Source: Rhodothermaceae bacterium | Lineage (GTDB): Bacteria > Bacteroidota > Rhodothermia > Rhodothermales > Bin80 | Direction: 5' to 3' | DNA: 64,000 nucleotides | Assembly: GCA_009841335.1 (NCBI GenBank) | Contig: VXLY01000067.1 | Coordinates: 22,702 to 86,701 of the forward strand | Part shown: piece after piece, positions 1-10,566 of the stretch | Layout of the letters: the number at the start of each line of letters is the position of its first letter | How positions within the stretch are numbered: the stretch's first letter is position 1 | Program-made: the position numbers and the translations under genes | Notes under the pieces: generated by a model | Databases searched by the model: none | What the model was told of the DNA's origin: nothing | The model's input: the letters and a program-made list of their open reading frames with translations, nothing else

Positions 1-781
1 TATAGTGGTGCGGTGCCCGAAATTCAAAAAGCATATAGAAGTACGACCAGGGCCCGTCCGGATGCGGCCGCGTAAGCTGGAACCATATCAATGGCCCCAG
101 GGCTGGCAGTGCAGCCAATGTGAAAGTTCCGGTGAACAGGTATGGACGCGTCGCAGCCCATCCGTGCCTCCACAGCAGTAGCAGCGCACAAACCATAGCT
201 ATTTGCAGACCGACTAATGCCTGCATCCAGCAAGCAAGCCCCATAAGGATCGCAGCATGCGTTGGTCGTCCACGCACGAAAAATACCAAGCCCCACAGGC
301 CGAGCGTCCAGGCCGGTATACTTGGAGTAAGTATCCATGTCACGAGATCATTCCCCCCAAGCGTGAATTTGGGGGTTAGCAGCAGAATCGTGACGACACA
401 AATGGTGGCGGCCAGACGTTCGCGTGTAAGCTGCAGTCCAAGCGTATACAGCGCCATGCTTGTACCGAACCAACTTGCCACGTAGAAGATGAGTATGGTT
501 GCATACGGTCCAAACAGCTTTGCCGGCAGCCAAGCCACAAAAACAAATAACGTTCGTGGGCCGAATGATTCCAGTTGGACGTTTACGAACCAGTCCAGCT
601 GGTAAAGGCTCGCATCCATCAGGCGCATGAGGTAGGGCAGTACTTCATCCTGATCGCTGATGGCGTAGTCATAACCGCGCCAAAAAAGGTAGACCGTCAG
701 AGTAAGGAGGGGGAGGTACAGTGGTGGGCGCATGCCCATTCCTGTAAGCAGCCGGGGCCATTGGCCAGTACGGAGGCGCAT
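1..781 (-). CDS. Polytopic membrane protein (DUF6798-like, possible GT-C-type), truncated at the window edge
   Basis: Translated by hand because it is absent from the ORF track: ATG at 781, MRLRTGQWPRLLTGMGMRPPLYLPLLTLTVYLFWRGYDYAISDQDEVLPYL...FTLGGNDLV...YMLFEFRAPHHY. The frame is open to position 2, has many hydrophobic segments and starts 3 nt after the GNAT stop. Confidence 0.7.
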   Translation of the reverse strand, partial: MRLRTGQWPRLLTGMGMRPPLYLPLLTLTVYLFWRGYDYAISDQDEVLPYLMRLMDASLYQLDWFVNVQLESFGPRTLFVFVAWLPAKLFGPYATILIFYVASWFGTSMALYTLGLQLTRERLAATICVVTILLLTPKFTLGGNDLVTWILTPSIPAWTLGLWGLVFFVRGRPTHAAILMGLACWMQALVGLQIAMVCALLLLWRHGWAATRPYLFTGTFTLAALPALGPLIWFQLTRPHPDGPWSYFYMLFEFRAPHHY

Positions 782-784
782 GAT

Positions 785-1696
785 TCAACGTAGGAAGTGA
801 ATCTGCGGGCGCCGCCGCAAGTGGTAGTACTGTGTCAACACTGGCCCAAATGTACGCTTGAACTCGGCTATAGAGGGGGTATTTGCACCTACAAAGTCGA
901 ATTTGGCTATGCCCGACGTGTGCAGAATTGTGAGCACTTCGCCAATCAGTACGGTCATCGCCGGCCCCGGAATGCTCCCCGCAATCCAGTAATGTGCTGT
1001 ACGATCATCATGAAGGATTACCACACCGCCCTCAACGGTTCCATTGCGAATGGCTACGAACGGGCGCGCCCACGGCCCCATAGCCGTCGCTACGGTTTCC
1101 AGTGCTGCCGGTCTGCCGGGCATGCGGCGTTCGTGTCTCTCGTAGCTCTTTACACACAGGTCAATAACCGTGCGTAAGTGACGCGGGTCTTCCTCAATTC
1201 TGTAGCTGGATGTTTTTGATCGCCAGGTCCGGCGTGCACCTTCTGACCAGTCTTCAATGTTACTCGGGAGGTCAATCATGTACGTGAAGAGTGGTCGAAC
1301 ATCCCAGCCGCGCCATTGTGCGGTACGCGGATCGTGCAACTTAACCAGTAGGTCAGCGCATTGGGCTTGCTGCTCAGCATGCTTCAGAAGGTGATCCAGG
1401 GGAGTAGCCTGCCCGTGCACTTGGTGCGCAAGTGCGGGTTTGCCCAGAAGTACCGCAGAATATTGTGTAGAAGGGGGTACGATCACACGCCGCAGAGGCC
1501 CACGCCCCTTTGTGTGCAGCAGCAGCGCGGCATCATCCCCGCTAAAATGCGTGGAAGAACCCAGGCCGTACGCTTCATCTACGGCTCTTGCATACCGCAG
1601 AGATGCAAACACCGTACGCTCGGGAGCCTCCTCCCAGAGTGCATGGTAACGCGCGCACGCATCAGCGTTGTCCAGATTGTATGGCGGGGAAATCAC
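785..1696 (-). CDS. GNAT-family (FemAB-like) acyl/aminoacyl transferase
   Basis: 303 aa with C-terminal FDFVGANTPSIAEFKRTFG and AHYWIAGS motifs typical of the cell-envelope FemAB-like GNATs. Confidence 0.75.
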   Translation of the reverse strand: MISPPYNLDNADACARYHALWEEAPERTVFASLRYARAVDEAYGLGSSTHFSGDDAALLLHTKGRGPLRRVIVPPSTQYSAVLLGKPALAHQVHGQATPLDHLLKHAEQQAQCADLLVKLHDPRTAQWRGWDVRPLFTYMIDLPSNIEDWSEGARRTWRSKTSSYRIEEDPRHLRTVIDLCVKSYERHERRMPGRPAALETVATAMGPWARPFVAIRNGTVEGGVVILHDDRTAHYWIAGSIPGPAMTVLIGEVLTILHTSGIAKFDFVGANTPSIAEFKRTFGPVLTQYYHLRRRPQIHFLR

Positions 1697-1708
1697 CGGC
1701 CAGCCAGG

Positions 1709-3079
1709 CTACAGGATATACTGGCTCAGATCGCGATTGCGCGCGATGGAACCAAGGTAATGTTCAACGTCACTGGCGTCCATATTGACCGTCTTCGGAC
1801 AAGAGCCATCAGACTCAAAGAGTAATTCTTCAAGCAGCGTGGTCATAATGGTATGGAGCCTGCGGGCTCCGATATTTTCCACATCGGCATTGACCATGGC
1901 TGCTGTCTTGGCGATCATTTTGACTGCATCGTCCGTGAAGCTGAGGGTCACATTTTCGGCTTCCAGAAGGGCCCGGTATTGTTTGAGCAAAGCATTGCGT
2001 GGCTGCGTGAGAATACGGTAGAAGTCCTCCTCAGTGAGACTGTGCATCTCTACTCGAATGGGGAAGCGTCCCTGCATTTCGGGAATCAGGTCACTCGGTT
2101 TGGCTACATGGAATGCTCCACTGGCGATGAATAGGATATGATCTGTTTTAATCATACCGTGTTTGGTCGTGACTGTGGCTCCTTCGACCAGAGGAAGCAA
2201 GTCTCTCTGAACCCCTTCACGGGAGACATCCGGACCTCCGGTACCCTTGCTTGAGCGACTGGCCACCTTGTCAATCTCGTCGATGAATACGATGCCGGAA
2301 TCTTCGACGCGTTTGATGGCTTCTTGCGTCACGTGGTCCAGGTCAATAAGTTTGAGCGCCTCTTCCTTAGTTAGCAGTTCTTCGGCTTCCGAAATTTTGA
2401 GGCGGCGCTTTTTGCGTTGTTTGCCTCCAAAATTGCCAAGCATATCTTGAATGTTCACCCCCATCTCCTCCATACCCATAGGCCCAAACACCTGCAGCAT
2501 AGGCGAAGAATGATCACTTTGGACTTCGATCTCGATTTCGCGATTGGCGAGGCGCCCATCTTTCAGACGTTCACGAAATCTAGTTCTCGTTGTGGATTCT
2601 GCAGGTTCGGGGGTTTCTGTATGCCCGTTGTCTGCATCCACAGCGTTAACGGGTGGAGGAGGCATAATTACATTGAGAACACGTTCGCGTGCGAGTTCAC
2701 GTGCCCGATCCTGAACTCGTTCTTCGTGCTCCTGGCGCACGAGCCGAATGGCACGGTCTGCCAGGTCACGGATCATGCTTTCCACGTCGCGTCCCACATA
2801 GCCCACCTCGGTGAATTTTGTGGCTTCAACCTTGACAAAGGGGGCATCAACCAGCCGTGCAAGTCTACGGGCGATTTCCGTTTTGCCTACTCCGGTAGGT
2901 CCCATGAGGATAATGTTACTGGGCAAAATCTCGTCCTGTAACTCATCGGGTACCTGCTGCCGGCGCCAGCGATTGCGCAGTGCAATTGCAACGGTGCGCT
3001 TGGCTTCCGACTGGCCGATGATATAGTTATCCAACTCAGCCACTATTTCCCGTGGAGTAAGTTCTGAGTGCGTCATCAT
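1709..3079 (-). CDS. hslU: ATP-dependent protease ATPase subunit HslU
   Basis: ELTPREIVAELDNYIIGQ, Walker A GPTGVGKT, KVEATKFTEVGYVGRDVESMIRDL, Walker B IVFIDEIDK, C-terminal DLSQYIL. Confidence 0.98.
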   Translation of the reverse strand: MMTHSELTPREIVAELDNYIIGQSEAKRTVAIALRNRWRRQQVPDELQDEILPSNIILMGPTGVGKTEIARRLARLVDAPFVKVEATKFTEVGYVGRDVESMIRDLADRAIRLVRQEHEERVQDRARELARERVLNVIMPPPPVNAVDADNGHTETPEPAESTTRTRFRERLKDGRLANREIEIEVQSDHSSPMLQVFGPMGMEEMGVNIQDMLGNFGGKQRKKRRLKISEAEELLTKEEALKLIDLDHVTQEAIKRVEDSGIVFIDEIDKVASRSSKGTGGPDVSREGVQRDLLPLVEGATVTTKHGMIKTDHILFIASGAFHVAKPSDLIPEMQGRFPIRVEMHSLTEEDFYRILTQPRNALLKQYRALLEAENVTLSFTDDAVKMIAKTAAMVNADVENIGARRLHTIMTTLLEELLFESDGSCPKTVNMDASDVEHYLGSIARNRDLSQYIL

Positions 3080-4083
3080 CGGACTATAGGTGAATTACTG
3101 CTGTTTTCTCTGCTATTGCCGAGATCCTGATTGTAATAGAGACTGTCCTGTTCTTCGTCAAAGTCGGTGTACTCACCATCGTCGTAGCCCTGTTCTCCCG
3201 CGTGAAGTGCGAGAACATTGGGATGATCGTGGTTGATAAGCAGCACGGTGTAGTCATAGGGATATCCCCGACGCTTTTCCAGCCATACTGCGCCCGCCTC
3301 GTTAAGGTCGCCGACCAGCGCTTTGGGGTCATCATCACCGCCGAGTGCTTCTGAAAGTTTGCGCAGAAGTGGCGTGAGATAGACCTCCTCATATTGGCCG
3401 AAGAAGCGGTCAATTACTTCAAGCGCCAGCAGCGAGGTTTCGTTGGTGACCGCCGCCATTTTTTCGGGAGGCGGACCGGCTTCCGCCGTTCGATGAGGCT
3501 GGTCAGATGCAGGGCGAACGGGTTCACCTGCGTGCAAGTGAGCGGGATGTGATGTCTGTTCAAGCAGCGTATTGGCGTCAATGAATAGATCTGAGTGCTC
3601 CACCGATCTTGTAGGATCAGGGGATTGGAACGTGATCACTACTCCTCGAAAACCACTTTGCTGACAAAACTTCATCAGAGGGAGGTAGAGGCGATCCCCG
3701 GTAACTAGGATAATGACAGTTATATCCCTCTGGGACTGGAGCGTGTTCATGATGTCAACGCAAATCTGGATTTCTGATGCGTTCGCCTGCAAAGAGGCCG
3801 GTACGAACCTCGGCTCTACTCCAGCCAAGTAAAGGCTTTGCTGAATCTGCTGCCCAACTGCTCCTATGGTGGCAAAGTCTGCGTAGGCAACGGATGAGAC
3901 CAAACTGACACGCATACCTTCCATGTATTGCGAGACTGCGGTCAGTAGTCCGCTGGCCTTGGTTTCGGGGTTGGATTGCTGGGCATCGTGATGCTTTATG
4001 TAGTCAAAAAGATTTTCGTAGTCTACAAACATAAAAGCACGTTGCACAGTACGGGTTGGGTGTTGATTTCCTATAGTTCTCAT
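3076..4083 (-). CDS. NYN-domain (PIN-like) protein with C-terminal helical domain and acidic tail
   Basis: FMFVDYEN, AYADF and ILVTGDRLYLPL match the NYN/LabA layout. Its stop overlaps the hslU start. Confidence 0.8.
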   Translation of the reverse strand: MRTIGNQHPTRTVQRAFMFVDYENLFDYIKHHDAQQSNPETKASGLLTAVSQYMEGMRVSLVSSVAYADFATIGAVGQQIQQSLYLAGVEPRFVPASLQANASEIQICVDIMNTLQSQRDITVIILVTGDRLYLPLMKFCQQSGFRGVVITFQSPDPTRSVEHSDLFIDANTLLEQTSHPAHLHAGEPVRPASDQPHRTAEAGPPPEKMAAVTNETSLLALEVIDRFFGQYEEVYLTPLLRKLSEALGGDDDPKALVGDLNEAGAVWLEKRRGYPYDYTVLLINHDHPNVLALHAGEQGYDDGEYTDFDEEQDSLYYNQDLGNSRENSSNSPIVR

Positions 4084-4096
4084 TATTCTGAATTAT

Positions 4097-4666
4097 CTAA
4101 TTATTGTGCGTAGTTGACTGGTTATCAATCTCAACTACAGTCAGAAAGCTATTTGTGTAGACGCAAATATCCGCGGCTACACCAAGTGCGTCTGTTACAA
4201 CCTCCTTGGCAGTCAATTGGGGGGCGTGTTTGATAATGGCACGGGCGGCGGCCAGCGCATACGGCCCCCCGCTGCCAATTGCAACGATATCATCATCCGG
4301 TTCAATGATGTCACCGCTGCCGCTGATGAGTAGCAGTCGTTCGTTCGACCCGACGGCCAATAATGCCTCCAAGCGGCGCAAATACCGATCCGTGCGCCAG
4401 TCCTTGGCAAGCTCCACGGCGGCGCGTACAAGATTTCCTCCATACTGCTGGAGCTTTTCTTCGAATCGCTCAAACAGCGTGAAAGCATCTGCAGTCGAGC
4501 CGGCAAATCCAGCGAGCACTTTGCCCTCAAACAGTCGTCGCACTTTTTGGGCTTTGTGTTTCATTACAATATCGCCCAAGGTTGCTTGCCCGTCGGATCC
4601 CAAAGCCACCTTGCCACCGCGGCGTACACCTATTACTGTAGTACCGTGTAGGATTGCCTCGCTCAT
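4097..4666 (-). CDS. hslV: ATP-dependent protease peptidase subunit HslV
   Basis: [64 protein letters not shown]. Confidence 0.98.
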   Translation of the reverse strand: MSEAILHGTTVIGVRRGGKVALGSDGQATLGDIVMKHKAQKVRRLFEGKVLAGFAGSTADAFTLFERFEEKLQQYGGNLVRAAVELAKDWRTDRYLRRLEALLAVGSNERLLLISGSGDIIEPDDDIVAIGSGGPYALAAARAIIKHAPQLTAKEVVTDALGVAADICVYTNSFLTVVEIDNQSTTHNN

Positions 4667-4840
4667 AAAAAATTCTATATATGTGAGGCCCCCAAACGCG
4701 AATCTCGAACTCTAGTAAAATATTTCGCTGGGGGAAATGTACCCTGTTCTAGAGCAAAGTATACACGGGATGATCTCCTGCTGTTCCCAACAGATTGGAC
4801 CATTGGAAACCTCCTCTTTCACAAGCCTCACGGTACTGAC

Positions 4841-6301
4841 TCAGTTGTAGCGCTGGACCAGTGAGTTCACAAATGATTCCTGGATCGAGTGAATGGGGCT
4901 GTGACGGCCGTGGAAATGATTCGCAAAAATCACGAAAGCCAACATAGCCCCATCTTCCCGCATTACGTACCCCGCAAGAGCGCTCACATTTCCAAGGGAT
5001 CCCGTCTTGGCACGGACGCGCCGGAATCCAGCCGCATTCCCTGTGAATCGATACTCAAGGGTTCCGTCCTTCCCGCCGACAGCCAATGAAGTCAAAAAGG
5101 ATTCTCTGACGCTAGTGTCGGGATGCAGTGCCATATATCGGAGCAGTTTCATGGTCATTGCAGGCGTTACCAGGTTTTTCCGGGAAAGACCAGAGCCATC
5201 CACCAGTTGGAGTCTGGAAGTGTCAATTCTAGCTGCGTCATACGTTCGCATGGCAGCAGCTACTCCCATAGCGGCTGAACCGGGCTCAGAATCTTCTTCC
5301 AGATCCGGGTACTCAACCCCCAGCGTTTTCAGCAAGTGCTCGGCATAAAGATTGTGGCTCTCCTTGTTTATGGTGGCAACCAACTCGGACAGCGGAGCGG
5401 AAGTATGCCGTGCGACTACGCGGGCATTCTGATAATCAAGTGCAGTCGCCAGACTATCTACATCAACGGATTTTCCCCGGACAAGAATACCCCGGGAATT
5501 CAGTAAAGTCCGCAGCCCGTGAACGAAATAAAGCGTTGGATTGTGAACGGACAGCTCTTCGGGGTCAGAATATCCAAGCGGAACCGCACTCGAAATTGTG
5601 ATATGATTTGAATTGGGCTCACGCGCATGTCCTTCTTCAAGTTCTTGTCCACGGGGAAGGGTCACCGACCGGTTGTGGAAAATGAAATAATCCATCAGTT
5701 CAGGCGTGACAGCTAACTGGCCTGGTGTGCCGGGCTGGGTTGGATGCACCTCCACTTCCACAATGGCGTCGTAGAAAGTCAGTCCACTGACCTGCGGGGC
5801 GTAACCGTATACAAGATCGTCCCAGCTCCAGTCAGCGCCAAGTGGAATGTCATCAAACGCGTTATCGTCCCCAATCACATGGCCGCCTATTTCGTGTATT
5901 CCAAGAGCGAGTAAAGAATCTGCAAAGGCATTGAACAGGTCCATGTGATCCGGGCCTGGGGCGCCGGTGGAGGGATCGCCCGCCCCTCGTACGACCAAGT
6001 TTCCTTGCAGTGCATGGGAAATCTGTGGACCGTCCGCATACAGCTGAGTAACATAGCGGTAGTCGGGGCCTAGTTGATCCAGTGCCGCTGCAGTTGTGAA
6101 CAGTTTCGTAACTGAAGCAGGCATAAAACTATGCTCAACATTACGCATGAAGAGTGTGTCTCCCGTGGATACTTCTGTAACCATGGCACCCCACCATGTG
6201 TAAGGATGGACATCAAGGATGGAGTCAAGTACACTTTGTGCTCGACACACACCGATTGAGAGTACGAACGATACAGCAAGGCAGGTTACAAATTGTGGCA
6301 T
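4841..6301 (-). CDS. dacB: D-alanyl-D-alanine carboxypeptidase/endopeptidase (PBP4, peptidase S13)
   Basis: SxxK (PASVTK), SxN (ESHN), DGSGLSRKN and KTG (KTGSL) motifs. Likely start is MPQFVTCL at 6301 with a signal peptide; the track start is 6343. Confidence 0.93.
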   Translation of the reverse strand: MPQFVTCLAVSFVLSIGVCRAQSVLDSILDVHPYTWWGAMVTEVSTGDTLFMRNVEHSFMPASVTKLFTTAAALDQLGPDYRYVTQLYADGPQISHALQGNLVVRGAGDPSTGAPGPDHMDLFNAFADSLLALGIHEIGGHVIGDDNAFDDIPLGADWSWDDLVYGYAPQVSGLTFYDAIVEVEVHPTQPGTPGQLAVTPELMDYFIFHNRSVTLPRGQELEEGHAREPNSNHITISSAVPLGYSDPEELSVHNPTLYFVHGLRTLLNSRGILVRGKSVDVDSLATALDYQNARVVARHTSAPLSELVATINKESHNLYAEHLLKTLGVEYPDLEEDSEPGSAAMGVAAAMRTYDAARIDTSRLQLVDGSGLSRKNLVTPAMTMKLLRYMALHPDTSVRESFLTSLAVGGKDGTLEYRFTGNAAGFRRVRAKTGSLGNVSALAGYVMREDGAMLAFVIFANHFHGRHSPIHSIQESFVNSLVQRYN

Positions 6302-6314
6302 TGTATGGGGACTG

Positions 6315-7139
6315 CTAATTATTTGAAAGGGACTCGAGTACAATTCCTGCGGAGTCCGGTCGATTCAGGATAACGAACGCAAAGTGCGCGGTACTAAGGG
6401 GTGCGGCAGGGGTCACATTAATCTGCCAGTAATTACTGCCTGCCTGGCGATTAGACTCAAGGACAGTACCAATGGGCATATTCGGAGGAAATATCCCACT
6501 GGCCTCATGTGTAACTACGCGCTGTCCTTGCTGAACATCTGCGCTAACGACAATTTCTTTGAGCTCCAGCACGTCGGGCTCATTGCTTCCCCCTGAGATG
6601 ATCCCTATGACGCGAAGAGTATCAATCATAGCAGGCACATGAAACTGCGAGTGGAGGTGCGGCAACACGGTGCTGTAGTTACGACTGACATCAATCACAC
6701 GCCCCAGAATTCCCAAGTGACTGACAACGGCCATGTTGACCTCCACGCCGTCGACACTGCCGACATCAAGGGTGAAAAAGTTCGTTGTCCCGAACGGTTC
6801 GCGTGCGACGATGCGTGCGGCCATGGTCTCGAGACCACTGTTATTCTTCCAATCCAGGGCCTGGCGCAGAACTTGATTCTCGAGATCCACAACACGCAAC
6901 CGGGCCAACTCACTGGTATGTCTGAGATGGGCATCTCTGAGCGTTTGATTTTCATTAAAGGCGCGCAGCGCCATTGCAGCCCAAGCCATTCGGTATTCAA
7001 CTGTACCAGCAATTTGTAATGCTTGACTACGAACCCCTCGCATGAGTGGCCGATTAGCATTGGTCATAACAATGAGCGAGACTATCAGCAATGCGGACAA
7101 AAGAGCATAATCGCGCAGACGGTACCACAGGTCAATCAT
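6315..7139 (-). CDS. mreC: Rod shape-determining protein MreC
   Basis: N-terminal TM helix, coiled coil (ENQTLR...ENQVLRQAL), LDVGSVDGVEVNMAVV, GIFPPNMPIG; lies downstream of mreB. Confidence 0.92.
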   Translation of the reverse strand: MIDLWYRLRDYALLSALLIVSLIVMTNANRPLMRGVRSQALQIAGTVEYRMAWAAMALRAFNENQTLRDAHLRHTSELARLRVVDLENQVLRQALDWKNNSGLETMAARIVAREPFGTTNFFTLDVGSVDGVEVNMAVVSHLGILGRVIDVSRNYSTVLPHLHSQFHVPAMIDTLRVIGIISGGSNEPDVLELKEIVVSADVQQGQRVVTHEASGIFPPNMPIGTVLESNRQAGSNYWQINVTPAAPLSTAHFAFVILNRPDSAGIVLESLSNN

Positions 7140-7261
7140 ACTATCAGGAGGTTTGAGCCATCAACAGTGTGGTGCCCACCTTTACAGGCATAATTTTTCT
7201 CGGCGTGCGTGACATCGGGTATCCAGCCATCTGGAGCATGCCCCGTTGTCAATCATTCGGC

Positions 7262-8272
7262 CTAGAGCAAGATGTCGGAGTACGCTGGTACGTTTTCCAG
7301 AACCTTGCCGGTTCCACGTGCCACGGCGGTGAAGGGGTCATCTGTCGTGTATACGGGAAGATCAACACGATTACGAATAATAACATCCATTCCTTTCAGG
7401 AGGGCGCCTCCACCGGTTAGCATGATGCCCCGTTCAAGGATATCTGCTCCCAGTTCCGGGGGTGTCGCTTCAAGGCATGCCATAACAGCCGATGTGATGT
7501 TACTGACGGTCGCGCTGATTGCAGTGCGCACATCCTCGGACGTGATCGTATGTACTTTCGGCATGCCGCTGCTCGAGTCCTGTCCGCTGATGAACAGCTC
7601 TAGTTCGGGTTCCATAACGATCGCGCTGCCGACCTCTCGTTTAATCCGCTCAGCAGTGCGCTGTCCGATGATCAGGTTGTGATAATATTTGAGGTAGGCT
7701 AAAATGGCCGCATCAATCTCGTTCCCTCCGGTACGTATCGATTGATCTATTACGATGCCGTTGAGTGCGATGACCGCGATTTCGGTTGTGCCTCCCCCGA
7801 TGTCCACGATCATATTTCCAATGGGCTCATGGACTTTGAGGCCAATCCCGATAGCCGCCGCCATGGGCTCCGCGATCAGATGCACTTTCCTTGCACCGGC
7901 ATGCTCAGCACTGTCGCGGACCGCCCGCTTTTCAACTTCTGTTGTTCCGCTGGGAATGCAGATGACCATCTGCCGAATCGTTTTCAACCATCCGGTCTGG
8001 ACTTTTCTAATCAGACCACGGATGAGTTGCTCAGCCAACTCAAAATCGGCGATAACCCCGTCCTTGAGTGGATGCACAGTTTCAATCTTGCGATGTGTCT
8101 TTTCGTGCATTGGCAATGCATCATTGCCAATGGCGAGTACTTTGTTGGTTTGGCGGTCAACTGCGACGATACTGGCTTCGCTAAGGACAATACCCTGCCC
8201 CTTCACGTAGACTAATGTATTGGCCGTACCAAGATCCACGGCTACGTCGGTATTCAGACTGTAGAATGGCAT
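7262..8272 (-). CDS. mreB: Rod shape-determining protein MreB
   Basis: [50 protein letters not shown]. Likely start is MPFYSL at 8272. Confidence 0.97.
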   Translation of the reverse strand: MPFYSLNTDVAVDLGTANTLVYVKGQGIVLSEASIVAVDRQTNKVLAIGNDALPMHEKTHRKIETVHPLKDGVIADFELAEQLIRGLIRKVQTGWLKTIRQMVICIPSGTTEVEKRAVRDSAEHAGARKVHLIAEPMAAAIGIGLKVHEPIGNMIVDIGGGTTEIAVIALNGIVIDQSIRTGGNEIDAAILAYLKYYHNLIIGQRTAERIKREVGSAIVMEPELELFISGQDSSSGMPKVHTITSEDVRTAISATVSNITSAVMACLEATPPELGADILERGIMLTGGGALLKGMDVIIRNRVDLPVYTTDDPFTAVARGTGKVLENVPAYSDILL

Positions 8273-8335
8273 GCGGGTGCGCTTTCCAGAAAAACCAGCG
8301 GGACGAGACTTAAGATACACTTCTGTAGTTGGTTA

Positions 8336-9904
8336 TCAATGTCGAAAATGCCTTCTTCCGGTGAACACCATGGCCATGCCGCGCGAATCTGCTGCAGCAA
8401 TCACTTCCTTATCCCTCACTGATCCACCGGGCTGGACTGCTGCAACAGCTCCACCGTCTGCCGCAGCAAGCAGGCCATCAGGAAATGGATAAAACGCATC
8501 GGAAGCGACGACGCAGCCATCAAAGCTCAGGCCGGACTTGGCGCCCTTTGCCAAGGCGATCTCAGAAGAATCTATTCGACTCATCTGACCGGCTCCAATT
8601 CCCAATGTTCGTTGATCTTTGGCATAGACAATCGCGTTACTCTTCACATGTTTGGCCACGCGCCAGGCAAACCTGAGGTCAAGAAGTTCACGTTGAGTCG
8701 GTTTTCGATTTGTGACCGGTGTAAACGAGTCCTTGTTGGCCGGGCTGTCAATGGTCTGGCAGAGCAGCCCGCCAAGTACCTCGCGCATCTGATATCCTTC
8801 ACTGGGAACAGGTTTGAATGTAATAATTCGACGATTCTTTTTTTCCTGAAGCAATGCCAATGCATCATCATCAAAGGATGGCGCAATGACCAATTCCGTA
8901 AAGATACGCCCGACAGCTTTTGCTACATCAATGCTGCAGGGTTTATTCATGACTACAATGCCCCCAAAAGGCGATTGTGTATCGGTTGCAAAGGCGTGCT
9001 GCCAAGCCTCCAGGAGCGTTCCAGCAGTTGCAACGCCGCAGGGATTGGTGTGCTTGAGAATAGCTATGGTTGGATCTTCATCGGTAAACTCCTGGATAAG
9101 AGCGAGCGCGGCATCCAGGTCAATCAGGTTGTTGTATGAGAGTGCTTTGCCGTGAAGTTTTGTGATCCGGTCTTCCAGGCTGCCGTAGAATGCCGCATTC
9201 TGGTGAGGATTCTCTCCATAACGCAGCGTGGACTTGCTGGAGAGATGTATGCTCGCATGTGCAGGGAGTGGGCTTTCCTGATCATTTCCGAAGTAGGCGG
9301 AGATAGCCTGATCATAAGCAGCCGTCCGCGTAAAGGCCATGCGTGCCAGCTGACGTCTGAGGGCTAGTGAGAGATGTCCATCTGCGTTACCCAGAGAGAA
9401 CAAGATATCTCCGTATTCGTCCGGTGAAGTGACCACCGCTACGTAAGCAAAGTTCTTGGCTGCGGCTCGCACCATGGCAGGCCCACCAATGTCAATGTTT
9501 TCCGCAGCGATAGCATCGTTAATGTCGGGTCGTTTGATCGCCTCAGTAAAAGGGTATAGGTTGACCACGACAAGTTCAAACGGTTTTATACCGTGCAGGT
9601 CCAGATCCTTCTGGTCGTCTTTCGCATTCTGTCTGGCAAGAATCCCGGCATGGATTGCTGGATGAAGCGTCTTAACTCTCCCTCCGAGCATAGCCGGTGC
9701 TTTAGTGACTTCGGCAACATCTACCACTTCCAATCCGGCGGAACGCAGATGTCTGGCTGTACCCCCGGAAGAGACAAGCTCAATTCCATATCCTTGGAGT
9801 CCCTCTGCGAACGGGATCAGCCCCGTCTTGTCGAAGACCGACAACAGGGCACGGCGGGGGCGCACGCCATCGGGGACGGGTAAATTCAGTGGATCAATCG
9901 TCAT
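8336..9904 (-). CDS. purH: Bifunctional AICAR transformylase/IMP cyclohydrolase
   Basis: [46 protein letters not shown]-terminal TGRRHFRH. Confidence 0.98.
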   Translation of the reverse strand: MTIDPLNLPVPDGVRPRRALLSVFDKTGLIPFAEGLQGYGIELVSSGGTARHLRSAGLEVVDVAEVTKAPAMLGGRVKTLHPAIHAGILARQNAKDDQKDLDLHGIKPFELVVVNLYPFTEAIKRPDINDAIAAENIDIGGPAMVRAAAKNFAYVAVVTSPDEYGDILFSLGNADGHLSLALRRQLARMAFTRTAAYDQAISAYFGNDQESPLPAHASIHLSSKSTLRYGENPHQNAAFYGSLEDRITKLHGKALSYNNLIDLDAALALIQEFTDEDPTIAILKHTNPCGVATAGTLLEAWQHAFATDTQSPFGGIVVMNKPCSIDVAKAVGRIFTELVIAPSFDDDALALLQEKKNRRIITFKPVPSEGYQMREVLGGLLCQTIDSPANKDSFTPVTNRKPTQRELLDLRFAWRVAKHVKSNAIVYAKDQRTLGIGAGQMSRIDSSEIALAKGAKSGLSFDGCVVASDAFYPFPDGLLAAADGGAVAAVQPGGSVRDKEVIAAADSRGMAMVFTGRRHFRH

Positions 9905-10523
9905 GTGTTTTTATAGGTTGAATTGTCACGCGTCGACCTTTTATCTGAACGCGCCCCTGGGCAATTAAATCAATTGCCTCGGGAAAAATCTTATGTTCAA
10001 CAGCCAAGACACGCTCAGCAAGGGAGTCTGGTGTATCGTTCGGTAGCACGGGCACCTTTTTTTGTAGCAGGATAGGGCCAGTGTCATATTCTTCATCCAC
10101 AAAATGGACCGTCGCTCCGCTGAAAGATTCCTTGGCCTCCAGCACCGCTTTATGTACACGGTGTCCATAGAGCCCTTTACCTCCAAAACGTGGCAGCAGG
10201 GCGGGGTGAATATTCAGGATACGTCCCCAGAAAGCTTCTACAACGAGCGCAGGGATTTTGCATAGATATCCTGCTAGTGCGATCAGGTCGATTCTTTCTG
10301 CATGCAGGAGTTCAAGCAGAGAATTTGCGTACAGTTTGTCGCTCTCAAAAGCTCGGGGAGAGAGCACTTGTGCGGGCACGCTGAGTTCGCGGGCGCGGTC
10401 AAGGACGCCAGCCTTGGGTCTGTTGCAAACCACTAGGGTGACACGATAGTTAAGGGCGTTTTCAGCGATTGCCTGAAAATTTGATCCTCCGCCGGAGGCG
10501 AATACAGCGACACGCAAATTCAT
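9894..10523 (-). CDS. purN: Phosphoribosylglycinamide formyltransferase
   Basis: VAVFASGGGSNFQAI, ILNIHPALLPRFGG, SGATVHFVDEEYDTGPI. Likely start is MNLRV at 10523. Confidence 0.97.
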   Translation of the reverse strand: MNLRVAVFASGGGSNFQAIAENALNYRVTLVVCNRPKAGVLDRARELSVPAQVLSPRAFESDKLYANSLLELLHAERIDLIALAGYLCKIPALVVEAFWGRILNIHPALLPRFGGKGLYGHRVHKAVLEAKESFSGATVHFVDEEYDTGPILLQKKVPVLPNDTPDSLAERVLAVEHKIFPEAIDLIAQGRVQIKGRRVTIQPIKTHDD

Positions 10524-10566
10524 GCACAAGCCATCAGTAATACGCAGGGTTAACAAAAATAGGTCA

